From IMG/VR virus record IMGVR_UViG_3300030117_006168: a stretch of 64,000 nt of DNA; one strand, 5' to 3'. The notes under the pieces are model-generated. The model was not told where the DNA came from. It did no database searches and saw nothing but the letters and a program-made list of their open reading frames with translations. The translations under genes were made by a program, and so were the position numbers. Below are positions 37,087-46,251 of this stretch, piece by piece (position 1 is the stretch's first letter; each line of letters starts with the position of its first letter). Origin of the DNA: an uncultured virus (IMG/VR IMGVR_UViG_3300030117_006168) (Duplodnaviria > Heunggongvirae > Uroviricota > Caudoviricetes).

Positions 37087-37497
37087 ATGAATGTGAATGA
37101 TATAGCAAAAAGTTTTACAGGTCAATCTGGTCTTGGTTATGGTATTGATACAGCAATCAAAGCTTTAAGACCAAATGCTAAATTTGAAATGAACGCTGGT
37201 GGTGGTGAGTTTTCTTTCCCTACATGGGATGATCCTGATGGTAAGAAACCACCAACTAAAAAACAGATTATGGATGAATTTGAAAGACAAAAAAAAGTAG
37301 CAGAATATTATCAGTATGCTTATGATCGTTGTCATGAATACCCTGATGGATTTGAACAGTTAGATATGTTATGGCACGCTGTAAATAGTGGCAAAGATTT
37401 GAAAGAGTCAGAGTGGTTTAAAAGAATAGAAGCAGTTAAAAAGAATAACCCAAAACCTGAAGGTGATCCACCTCCAGAGTACGAACCAGAGGACTAA
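37087..37497 (+). CDS. fibre assembly/chaperone-like protein (XkdW-like)
   Basis: AIKALRPNAKF, R-x-x-EYP-x-x-x-EQLDMLWH, IEAVK-x-x-x-PK. Confidence 0.65.
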   Translation: MNVNDIAKSFTGQSGLGYGIDTAIKALRPNAKFEMNAGGGEFSFPTWDDPDGKKPPTKKQIMDEFERQKKVAEYYQYAYDRCHEYPDGFEQLDMLWHAVNSGKDLKESEWFKRIEAVKKNNPKPEGDPPPEYEPED

Positions 37498-37500
37498 TAA

Positions 37501-37866
37501 ATGGCATTATCAAGAGTTTTCTTAGTAGGATCCGGTGTCGATATTATTATCGGTGCGAATACTGTTACAACAGGTTCAATTAAAGCTAACACTATTCTAC
37601 CAAATAATGTAGCAGAGGGAACTCTTACGGCTGATAGAATAAAAGGTAATACAATTAATTCGAGCCACATAGCAAGTGGTACAATATTAAGCACTTCATT
37701 AGCTAACGTAGCAAATCCACCAGGAGGTTTAAGTTATGGTGGTGCAAGTGCTATACCTTCAATTTCAGTAAATGACAAAGGTCAAATAACAAGAGTAGCT
37801 AACGTAGCTGTATCAATTGGTGATGGCGGTGGCCTTAATCCATTTTTATTATTGGGAGTAGGATAA
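37501..37866 (+). CDS. short fibre/stub protein
   Basis: I-x-x-x-T-I repeats, SYGGASAIPSISVNDKGQIT, ends GGLNPFLLLGVG. Confidence 0.75.
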   Translation: MALSRVFLVGSGVDIIIGANTVTTGSIKANTILPNNVAEGTLTADRIKGNTINSSHIASGTILSTSLANVANPPGGLSYGGASAIPSISVNDKGQITRVANVAVSIGDGGGLNPFLLLGVG

Positions 37867-38252
37867 TGGCACAATCTTATGGAATATTAGGACAAATATA
37901 TCTAGGACAAAGTGGGTCCTCTAACACCAACAATGTACTTTCAAATGTATATTCTTGTCCTGTAGGCTCTAACACAATTATCAATTCAATTTATCTTTGT
38001 AACCAAAGTGCTACAAATGGTAATGTTTCAGTTGCACTTTATCCTCATACACTTGGTACCAATCCTATTGGGGAGGTTGGAAATAGTCACTTTGTTTTAA
38101 AAGATCAAGAAATAAGGCAAGCTGAATCACTTATACTTAATTTAAATTTGACAATGAATGCTGGAACCACACTCGCTGTAAATAATGCAGTTAGAACAGG
38201 TGAAACTTTTTCTAATGTGTCAATAAGTGCATTTGGTGTCGCAATAACATAA
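37866..38252 (+). CDS. small beta-rich fibre adaptor, paralog 3
   Basis: MAQSYGILGQ...VYSCP...LCNQ...SISAFGVAIT. Confidence 0.75.
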   Translation: MAQSYGILGQIYLGQSGSSNTNNVLSNVYSCPVGSNTIINSIYLCNQSATNGNVSVALYPHTLGTNPIGEVGNSHFVLKDQEIRQAESLILNLNLTMNAGTTLAVNNAVRTGETFSNVSISAFGVAIT

Positions 38253-38262
38253 CGGAAAAATA

Positions 38263-38610
38263 ATGCCATCACAATATAAAACATTAGGTCAAATTTCTCC
38301 CGCAGCTAATACAACAACAAATGTTTATGTAAGTCCAGCAGATATTGGCGGTTCACCTGTTAATACAGTTATAGGAACATTAACAGTTCACAACCATACA
38401 GATGCAAATGCTTCATATAGTTTCTTTGTCAGACCAATCGCTCAAACTTTAGCTGATAAACACTTTATTATTAAAGGTGGTGTCGTACCGGCAAGAGAAC
38501 TTGTAACAATTACAGGAGCGGTTTGTATGAACTCTAGTGTGATTCTTGCAGCTAATACAAATAAAACAGGCATTACTTTTAATGCCTATGGCGCTGAAAT
38601 TACTACATAA
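38263..38610 (+). CDS. small beta-rich fibre adaptor, paralog 4
   Basis: MPSQYKTLGQ...VYVSP...HFIIKGGVVP...FNAYGAEITT. Confidence 0.75.
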   Translation: MPSQYKTLGQISPAANTTTNVYVSPADIGGSPVNTVIGTLTVHNHTDANASYSFFVRPIAQTLADKHFIIKGGVVPARELVTITGAVCMNSSVILAANTNKTGITFNAYGAEITT

Positions 38611-38616
38611 TGAATC

Positions 38617-39891
38617 ATGTCAGTAAATTTCAAATTTAACAAAATTCAATTACAAAGAACTAGACCAGACAAATATAAATTTCCTATTGGTCTAAGTTCT
38701 GGCTTCTTAACACCCACAGGAAATTCTGCTTCTGTAACAGAAGGTGGATTACAAACGTGTTTAGCTGGAGGTGATGGCACTCCTGGAACTGTTGCAGCTG
38801 GTAACACATTTCATACCTTTGCAAACCCAAGCGGATCAGGAACTTTTACTCCATCATTTACAGGTGATATAGATTTATTAGTTGTAGCTGCTGGCGGAGG
38901 TGGTGGATTTTGTGGTGGTGGAGGTGGTGGCGGTGGTATTGCTTTTGCTCAAAATTTTCCCGTTATAGCAGGTAGAGATTATACTGTATCCGTAGGCGCT
39001 GGCGGTGCTCTCGGAAATGATGGGTCTCCAACCGGTTCTGGACCAGGTCATAATGGGGCAAATAGTTCTTTTAAAGATTCAGTAACAAATGTAGAAGTTG
39101 TAGGTATAGGAGGTGGTGGAGGTCACGGAATACCCTCATTTCCTTCAAATTCTGCGACAAGTGATCGTTTTGTTCGATCTCAATTTGGAGGTTCTGCTGG
39201 AGGAGCAGGTTCACTACCAGCACTTTCCCCTCTAAGGACACCTGGAACCCCAGCTACACAACCAAGTCAAAATGAAGGAATTTCAGGTGTATCAAATTTT
39301 GGTCAAGCCAGCGGCGATTCAACTTGGAATGTTAATCCTCACCCAGCACTCGGATCAAATGGGGGTGGTGGCGGAGCAGGTCAAGAGGGTGGAGGAAATC
39401 AACCTACATCTGTAGCACAAGAAATAGGAGGAAAAGCTCCAGGTGGGACTGCAAGTACAGCTGAGTCTGGAGGCACAGGCATAAATTTTGCTGGGTTTGC
39501 TGAAGCTGGAGTAGGCACTTCAGGAGGTTTCGGCATAGGTTTATCATCACCACAATCAGCAGGATTTTTCGGTGGTGGCGGAGGCGCTGGTGGTTGGTAT
39601 GATCCAGGTGATGCAAGAGTAGTTGGTCTTGGAGGCGCCGGAGGTGGAGGCGGAGCTCCTTTTTCTCCTGCATCAGAACCCGGTTCTACTGCACCTAATG
39701 GAACTGGTTTAGCAAACACAGGAGGTGGAGGCCGAGGTGGTTCAGGTATGGCCTCTAATCTAACCCCTTTTGTAATTAATAGATCAGGCACTCCATCAGA
39801 TGCAGATGGGCCAAAAGCAGGCGGTTCAGGAATAGTTGTAATTAAATATAGAACAGATGCAAATGCAGTAACAGGATTTTTCATAAGCTAA
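38617..39891 (+). CDS. glycine-rich adhesin-like protein 3
   Basis: DLLVVAAGGGGG...ANTGGGG...GGSGIVVIKY. Confidence 0.8.
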   Translation: MSVNFKFNKIQLQRTRPDKYKFPIGLSSGFLTPTGNSASVTEGGLQTCLAGGDGTPGTVAAGNTFHTFANPSGSGTFTPSFTGDIDLLVVAAGGGGGFCGGGGGGGGIAFAQNFPVIAGRDYTVSVGAGGALGNDGSPTGSGPGHNGANSSFKDSVTNVEVVGIGGGGGHGIPSFPSNSATSDRFVRSQFGGSAGGAGSLPALSPLRTPGTPATQPSQNEGISGVSNFGQASGDSTWNVNPHPALGSNGGGGGAGQEGGGNQPTSVAQEIGGKAPGGTASTAESGGTGINFAGFAEAGVGTSGGFGIGLSSPQSAGFFGGGGGAGGWYDPGDARVVGLGGAGGGGGAPFSPASEPGSTAPNGTGLANTGGGGRGGSGMASNLTPFVINRSGTPSDADGPKAGGSGIVVIKYRTDANAVTGFFIS

Positions 39892-40862
39892 TGGGCGTAA
39901 ATTTTACTAGAAACCAAGTTGCTAAAGAGAAACAAAGAATAGAGACCACAAGACCTACGGGTTTTACTTTTCCTCTAGGTCTGACCTTTGGAAAATTAGT
40001 TGTTGCATCTCAAAATGCTTTTCCTACATCTACTGGTGGCACTAAAACAACAGATAGCACTAATAGTGTTCATACATTTACCACATCAGGCACTTTCAAA
40101 CCAAGTTTCACAGGCACAATAGAATATTTGGGAATCGCAGGTGGTGGCGGTGGAGGCCCAACAGGACCTGGAGGTGGATCAGGCGGAGGTGGTGGCGCTG
40201 GTGGTTTAGTATATCTTCATAATGCTCCGGTTGAAAGAGATGTTTCATACACTATCACAGTTGGTGCTGGCGGAGCTGCATCTCCAGGAACTAGAGGTAG
40301 TAATACAAATACAACAATACCCACAATTGTAGAGTCAATAGGCGGTGGCGCTTTTGGTTTTGGAGGTGGTTCTGCTGGGGGTGCACCTGGAGCTAGAAAT
40401 GCCTCAGCACCGGGAACAGTTCATGCTGGCGTTCAAGGTCCTGAGGCACCTCAACCTTCTACTCCTCCAGCTGGAGGATTATCACTCGGTAATCCTAATC
40501 AAGGTAGTAGAGGCGGTGGTGGAGCAGGAGCTCCAGGAACTAATCCAGGAGCTCCTTACGCAACTCCTACAGCAGGTGGAGGTGGAGCCGGTTACGCTAT
40601 GTCTATTTCAGGAACTAGAGTTGGTTACGCAGGTGGCGGAGGCGGAATCGCATATGTAATTAACGGATCGCCAACTAATATCCCTACTGGATCTGGAGGT
40701 CACGGCGGTGATGGACCAGGAACTTCTGCTTCAGCTAATAGAGGGAGTGGTGGTGGCGGTTGTAACGGATTTGGTGCAGGAGGCGGTGGAGGAGGTGGTT
40801 CAGGTATTGTAATTGTAAGATACATTAGTAATCAAGAACTTGAAGGTTATTTTATAACTTAA
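39891..40862 (+). CDS. glycine-rich adhesin-like protein 4
   Basis: EYLGIAGGGGGG...YAGGGGG...GGSGIVIVRY. Confidence 0.8.
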   Translation: MGVNFTRNQVAKEKQRIETTRPTGFTFPLGLTFGKLVVASQNAFPTSTGGTKTTDSTNSVHTFTTSGTFKPSFTGTIEYLGIAGGGGGGPTGPGGGSGGGGGAGGLVYLHNAPVERDVSYTITVGAGGAASPGTRGSNTNTTIPTIVESIGGGAFGFGGGSAGGAPGARNASAPGTVHAGVQGPEAPQPSTPPAGGLSLGNPNQGSRGGGGAGAPGTNPGAPYATPTAGGGGAGYAMSISGTRVGYAGGGGGIAYVINGSPTNIPTGSGGHGGDGPGTSASANRGSGGGGCNGFGAGGGGGGGSGIVIVRYISNQELEGYFIT

Positions 40863-40871
40863 AATTAAAAA

Positions 40872-40905
40872 CTCCTGTTTATACTAAATAGAAGAAAAAC
40901 AGGAG
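40872..40905 (+). promoter_or_regulatory. RBS-sequestering hairpin with late promoter in its loop
   Basis: CTCCTGTTT (40872-80) / AAACAGGAG (40897-905); ACTAAATA at 40883-90. Confidence 0.75.
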
Positions 40906-40911
40906 AACGAG

Positions 40912-41250
40912 ATCGCTACTTATACTGAGCTCTTTTTAGAGCAATACGCAAATTTTTCAAATACCATACACGCAAAAGATAATTCAGGTGCAAACATTAA
41001 CCTGTTTGGTTATCTTGCAAACTCTCAAATTAGAAAATCCCAGTTTTCCGCTACGGCTAATGATTTTGTTGCAACAATCACCAGTAACGGAACTGGTCAA
41101 ATAACACTTACTATGACCGCAGCGAATACTGGGAACCTTACAGCTGGGCGATATATGTATGATGTTCTTATTCATAAAACAGCAACGGGTGAAAAAACAA
41201 GAGTAGTTGAAGGTATCGTTAATATATTACCAGGTGTTACAAGGACATAA
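40912..41250 (+). CDS. conserved virion protein upstream of gp13, non-canonical ATC start (not in ORF track)
   Basis: 112 codons (I/M)ATYTELFLEQYANFS...SQIRKS...AGRYMYDVLI...KTRVVEGIVNILPGVTRT*; AGGAG 6 nt upstream; in-frame TAA at 40885. Confidence 0.85.
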   Translation: MATYTELFLEQYANFSNTIHAKDNSGANINLFGYLANSQIRKSQFSATANDFVATITSNGTGQITLTMTAANTGNLTAGRYMYDVLIHKTATGEKTRVVEGIVNILPGVTRT

Positions 41251-41253
41251 AAG

Positions 41254-42261
41254 ATGCCAACTTATACTAGAGGAAGAACAGGACAACCATCAACTAGACA
41301 ACAATTCAAAGAATATTGTTTAAGAAGATTAGGGTTTCCAGTAATTGAAATCAATGTAGATGATGATCAACTAGAAGATCGTGTTGATGATGCTTTAGAT
41401 TATTTTCATGACTACCATTTTGATGGTGTAGAAAAATTATTCATGAAACATCAGATCACACAAGAAGATATGGATCGTAAATGGATATACGCACCATCAG
41501 CTGTTATATTTGTAAACAATGTTTTTCCTTTTGATGATTCTAATGCTTCAATCAATATGTTTGATTTAAGATACCAATTGAGATTACATGACTTGTATGA
41601 CTTTACATCTGTTTCTTATGTGTCTTATGAAATCACAATGCAACATATACAAACATTGAATCTTTTATTTTCAGGCAAACCACAATTTAGATTTAATCGT
41701 CATCAAAATAAATTATTTTTAGACATATCTTGGGACGCTGATATACAAGTAGGTGAGTATGTTATTATAGAATGTTATCGTCAACTAAGACCTGATACAG
41801 TTAATATAACTGGTCTTGCAACTGCTGAAACATTCGTTGAAACTGTTTCAAATACACTTACTGGTTTTGGTACTACATTCGACCAAGAGTTAGTTGAAAA
41901 TGATTTTATTACAGTTGCAAATACAACTCAAGGTGTAAGTGAAGAATTACAAATTTCACAAATAAATTCACCAACATCTATCACTTTAGTTAAAGCACCA
42001 ACAGCTAATGTTACAAATGGTTCTATAACAGTAGAAGGTTTTTCAGATGTTTGGAATGATAGGTTTCTAAAAAGATATGCAACAGCTCTAATTAAATATC
42101 AATGGGGATCTAATTTATCAAAATTTGCTGGCATACAAATGCCAGGAGGTGTTACTCTTGATGGACCTAGAATACAAGAAGAGGCGAAAGCTGAAATAGA
42201 CAAATTAGAAGAGGAGATGCAAATTTACAATGTAGCGCCTAATGAAATTTACATGGGTTAA
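41254..42261 (+). CDS. 13: neck protein gp13
   Basis: YCLRRLGFPVIEINVDDDQ, YHFDG, QWGSNLSKF-x-G-x-QMPGGVTLDG. Confidence 0.96.
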   Translation: MPTYTRGRTGQPSTRQQFKEYCLRRLGFPVIEINVDDDQLEDRVDDALDYFHDYHFDGVEKLFMKHQITQEDMDRKWIYAPSAVIFVNNVFPFDDSNASINMFDLRYQLRLHDLYDFTSVSYVSYEITMQHIQTLNLLFSGKPQFRFNRHQNKLFLDISWDADIQVGEYVIIECYRQLRPDTVNITGLATAETFVETVSNTLTGFGTTFDQELVENDFITVANTTQGVSEELQISQINSPTSITLVKAPTANVTNGSITVEGFSDVWNDRFLKRYATALIKYQWGSNLSKFAGIQMPGGVTLDGPRIQEEAKAEIDKLEEEMQIYNVAPNEIYMG

Positions 42262-42263
42262 TT

Positions 42264-43169
42264 ATGGCTACTAATCAGTATTTCAATCCTTTTCCAGCAA
42301 ATCAAATTACAAATGAGCAGCTTCTTGTAGAAGATTTGCTTATCGAGTCCATGAAAATTTATGGCATGGACACTTTGTATTTACCAAGAACAAGTCGTGA
42401 TACAGTTGACTTTCTTTATGGTGAAGATACACTCAAACAATATGTGCAATCATTTCCTCTTGAAATGTATCTTGAAAACATACAAGGTTTTGAGGGTGAA
42501 GGTGACTTTGTTTCTAAGTTTGGTTTAGAAATAAGAGATGAAATAACTTTACTTGTATCTCGTAGAAGATTTATTCACACAGTAAGAGAGCTAGCGGATA
42601 TAAATCGACCAAGAGAAGGTGATTTAGTTTACGTCCCTCTTACAGATGCTTTTTTTGAAATATCTTTTGTAGAACATGAAAATGAACAGGCGATGTTTTA
42701 CACTTTGGGTCGTGGTCGTGGTGCAAATGTTTATGTCTATGCTCTAAAACTTAAAAAGTTTGTTTTCTCAAACGAACTTGTGCTTACTGGTAATCCTACA
42801 ATAGATGATAAGATTAAAGACTATTATCCAAGAACAAGAATTACTTTATCTGGTGATGGCACAGGCCAATATGATGTAAATGAAACTGTATTTCAAAGTA
42901 GTGATTTAACACTTGCTAACGCATCAGTTCAAGCAGTTGTTCACACCTTTGTACCAAATACACATATAGATGTGATTAGAGTACAAGGCACATTTACTTC
43001 AGCTAATGTAATTGGTGAAACATCAAATGCCACATTTACTGTTTCTACTTCAGATGATACTGCAACAATGAATACAGCTTTTGAAAGTATTATTGACAAC
43101 GCAAGAATAGAGGCAGATGCAGATGGTATATTAGACTTTAGTGAAACAAATCCATTTGGTGAGGCATAA
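42264..43169 (+). CDS. 14: neck protein gp14
   Basis: EQLLVEDL-x-IES, YLPR, SKFGLEIRD, RPREGDLVY, DFSETNPFG. Confidence 0.96.
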   Translation: MATNQYFNPFPANQITNEQLLVEDLLIESMKIYGMDTLYLPRTSRDTVDFLYGEDTLKQYVQSFPLEMYLENIQGFEGEGDFVSKFGLEIRDEITLLVSRRRFIHTVRELADINRPREGDLVYVPLTDAFFEISFVEHENEQAMFYTLGRGRGANVYVYALKLKKFVFSNELVLTGNPTIDDKIKDYYPRTRITLSGDGTGQYDVNETVFQSSDLTLANASVQAVVHTFVPNTHIDVIRVQGTFTSANVIGETSNATFTVSTSDDTATMNTAFESIIDNARIEADADGILDFSETNPFGEA

Positions 43170-44170
43170 TGTTAGGTAATGCACATTTTTATAATCGTAC
43201 AATACGAAAAGTTGTTACAGCTTTTGGTACAGTTTTTAATGATATTCTTTTACAAAGATATAATTTAGATAATACAGTAAAAAAAGAAATCTTTAAAGTG
43301 CCTTTGTCGTATGGTGCAAAAGAAAAATATCTTACAAGAATTACATCAGACCCTACTTTAACTAAAGCAGTAGCCACAGTTATACCTCGTATTTCATTTG
43401 AGATGGTGAGTATGACTTATGATACATCAAGAAAATTAAATTCACTTATTAGAAATTTTGCGGCTAATACATCAACAGCAATTAAAACTCAATTCAATCC
43501 AATACCATATAACTTTGATTTTAACTTATCAATTTATGTAAGAAATACTGAAGATGGTACGCAGATACTAGAACAAATATTACCTTTTTTCACACCAGAT
43601 TTTACTGTAACAGTTAATTTTATTTCTGAAATGAATCAGAAATATGATATGCCAATTATATTAAATTCAGTACAATCAACAGTTGACTATGAAGGTGATA
43701 TGATGAACACACGTTTAATTATGTGGGATTTACAATTCACGGCTAAAGGTTATATTTGGCCACCTGTTAAATCTGGTTCATATATTCGTCAAGCAAACAC
43801 CAACATTTATATTGAAAGTCAAACTAAATCAGCTCAACAAGTTACTACTGATTTGAACCCTCTCACTCCTGATAGACTTTTAATAGAGGGTGAAACTATC
43901 CGTGTAACATCAAGAGATTTAGTTGGTGTTGTAGAAAGATTTACGAATGTTGCTAATAGTAAATTAGTTGCAACAGGGTTAAATAAACTATTAGAAGCTG
44001 GTGATATTGTAACGGGTGATTCATCAAATGCAACAGTTACAATTCGATCAGTTCAAAGTGAACCATTAAAAGCGGCTTTTGTAAAACTAACGCCAGTACC
44101 ATCTAATGCAGAACCTGATGATGAGTTTGGCTTCTCTGAAACAATAACTGAATATCCTGACACATTATGA
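43169..44170 (+). CDS. 15: tail sheath stabiliser/completion protein gp15
   Basis: FYNRTIRK-x-V-x-AFGTVFN, VPLSYG-x-KEK, QILEQILPFF-x-P. Confidence 0.96.
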   Translation: MLGNAHFYNRTIRKVVTAFGTVFNDILLQRYNLDNTVKKEIFKVPLSYGAKEKYLTRITSDPTLTKAVATVIPRISFEMVSMTYDTSRKLNSLIRNFAANTSTAIKTQFNPIPYNFDFNLSIYVRNTEDGTQILEQILPFFTPDFTVTVNFISEMNQKYDMPIILNSVQSTVDYEGDMMNTRLIMWDLQFTAKGYIWPPVKSGSYIRQANTNIYIESQTKSAQQVTTDLNPLTPDRLLIEGETIRVTSRDLVGVVERFTNVANSKLVATGLNKLLEAGDIVTGDSSNATVTIRSVQSEPLKAAFVKLTPVPSNAEPDDEFGFSETITEYPDTL

Positions 44171-44565
44171 AAAAACTAAATGAAAATTTATCAAATTTAT
44201 TAGACATACCAGCAATTCAAGAAAAACCAAATGAAATAGTCCCTGTAAAAACAGAAGAAGAAATTTCTAATGATGCTCAATTTGCTCGGCAAAATATAAA
44301 AGGCTTGATTACAAAAGGTGATGATGCCTTAGATAGTTTATTAAGGGTAGCAAAAGAATCTGAACATCCAAGAGCTTTTGAAGTTGTCGCACAAACACTT
44401 AAAAATTTAGGTGAATTAAATAAAGATTTACTTGAAATACAAAAAAGAAAAAGAGATTTAGAACCTAAAAAAACATCAAGTGATATTAATGTAGATAAAG
44501 CTGTATTTGTCGGGTCAACAAACGATCTTGTGAAGATGTTAAAAGGTAAAAGAGATGCCAAATAA
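44167..44565 (+). CDS. 16: terminase small subunit gp16
   Basis: ESEHPRAFEV, AVFVGSTNDL. Confidence 0.95.
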   Translation: MKKLNENLSNLLDIPAIQEKPNEIVPVKTEEEISNDAQFARQNIKGLITKGDDALDSLLRVAKESEHPRAFEVVAQTLKNLGELNKDLLEIQKRKRDLEPKKTSSDINVDKAVFVGSTNDLVKMLKGKRDAK

Positions 44566-46186
44566 AAATGATGGTTACTTAGGTAATGATAAACTAAAAA
44601 AAGTAGGTGTAGACCTTTCATACACAAAAGAACAAGTAAAGGAAATTATAAAGTGTACGGAAGATCCTGTTCATTTTATAAAAACATATGTTCAGATCAT
44701 AAGTGTAGATAAAGGCCTTGTGCCTTTTGATATGTGGCCTTTTCAAGAAAACATGGTCACAGAGTTTCATAAAAATCGTTTTTCAATATGTAAAATGCCA
44801 CGACAAGTTGGTAAGACAACTACAACAGTTGGTTATATGTTATGGTCTGTTTTATTTCAAAATGATTATACGATTGGTATTCTTGCAAATAAAGGAGCTC
44901 TTGCAAGAGAGATACTTGGTCGATTGCAAAAAGCTTATGAAAATTTACCTTTATGGTTACAACAAGGCATAGTTGTTTGGAACAAAGGTAATATAGAATT
45001 AGAAAATGGTTCTAAGATATATGCCTATGCAACATCTAATTCAGGTGTGCGAGGTGGTACATACAATTTAATTTTTCTTGATGAGTTCGCTTTTGTGCCA
45101 CACAACATTGCACAAGAGTTTTTTACTGCTACATACCCTGTTATATCATCTGGTAAAACAACAAAAGTAATTATTGTTTCTACACCAAATGGTTTGAATA
45201 TGTTTTATAAAATGTGGACTGATGCTGTAGAAAAAAGATCAACATACAATCCAATTGAAGTTCATTGGTCTAGTGTTCCAGGTAGAGATGATGCGTGGAA
45301 AAAAGAAACTATACGAAATACATCTGAAGAACAATTCAGACAAGAGTTTGAAACAGAGTTTATAGGTTCATCTGCTACATTAGTTTCAGGAGCTAAATTA
45401 CGATCTCTTGCATTTTTTAATCCAATTAGTTCAATTGATAAACTTGATATGTATGAAGAACCAAAAAAAGATCATGTTTATATAGCTACAGTTGATTGTT
45501 CAGAAGGTGTGGGTCAAGATTACTCAGCTATAAATATCATAGATGCAACACAAACGCCTTACAGGCAAGTTGCAAAATATAGAAGTAATGATTTACCTTT
45601 ATTGTTTTTTCCGAATATAATTTATTCAATCGGTATGAAATATAATGGAGCTTATGTTTTAATTGAAACAAACAACATTGGCCAACAAGTGGTTGATATT
45701 TTACATTACGATTTAGAATATGAAAACATCTATAAAATAGATCAACATCATATAAAAGGTCAGACAATATCAGGAGGGTTTAGACGAAACTCATCTTTTG
45801 GTATTAAAACCACTAAATCAGTTAAAAAAATTGGTTGTGCAAATCTAAAAACTCTTATTGAAAGTGATAAGTTAATTATTGTTGATTTTGATACGATTGC
45901 AGAACTTAATTCATTTGTTCGGATTCGAGAATCTTATGGAGCTGAAGAGGGTAATAATGATGATTTAGCTATGGGACTTGTATTATTTGGTTGGTTAACA
46001 GCACAAACTTATTTTAAAGATAGTACAAATGTTGATGTTCGTTCAATTTTATTGAAAGAACAAAGTTTATTAATAGAGGAAAGTTTGACTCCAGTTGGTA
46101 TAATTGATGATGGTTTACAAGAAGAAGTAACAGTTGATAGTGGTGATGTCTGGACAAAAAGTGGTCAGTTTAACACAAGATTGTAA
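44555..46186 (+). CDS. 17: terminase large subunit gp17
   Basis: PRQVGKTT Walker A, IFLDEFAF Walker B, STPNG, nuclease D residues (TVDCSEG, DDLAM). Confidence 0.98.
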   Translation: MPNKNDGYLGNDKLKKVGVDLSYTKEQVKEIIKCTEDPVHFIKTYVQIISVDKGLVPFDMWPFQENMVTEFHKNRFSICKMPRQVGKTTTTVGYMLWSVLFQNDYTIGILANKGALAREILGRLQKAYENLPLWLQQGIVVWNKGNIELENGSKIYAYATSNSGVRGGTYNLIFLDEFAFVPHNIAQEFFTATYPVISSGKTTKVIIVSTPNGLNMFYKMWTDAVEKRSTYNPIEVHWSSVPGRDDAWKKETIRNTSEEQFRQEFETEFIGSSATLVSGAKLRSLAFFNPISSIDKLDMYEEPKKDHVYIATVDCSEGVGQDYSAINIIDATQTPYRQVAKYRSNDLPLLFFPNIIYSIGMKYNGAYVLIETNNIGQQVVDILHYDLEYENIYKIDQHHIKGQTISGGFRRNSSFGIKTTKSVKKIGCANLKTLIESDKLIIVDFDTIAELNSFVRIRESYGAEEGNNDDLAMGLVLFGWLTAQTYFKDSTNVDVRSILLKEQSLLIEESLTPVGIIDDGLQEEVTVDSGDVWTKSGQFNTRL

Positions 46187-46190
46187 AAAC

Positions 46191-46198
46191 ACTAAATA
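46191..46198 (+). promoter_or_regulatory. late promoter (variant)
   Basis: ACTAAATA upstream of gp18. Confidence 0.65.
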
Positions 46199-46251
46199 GA
46201 GAATAAATCGAAATCAAATTTTTAATTGTCTAGTCTAAAGAGGAGAAATCC

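Noticed and set aside
35200..40659. Pro-rich minus-strand and alternative-frame ORFs in the Gly-rich genes
   Set aside because: Artefacts of GGN codon runs
35270..40810. GGTGGAGGC-type repeats as CRISPR, DGR or microsatellite
   Set aside because: They are polyglycine codons; no constant repeat-spacer period, no adenine-specific TR/VR pair or reverse transcriptase seen
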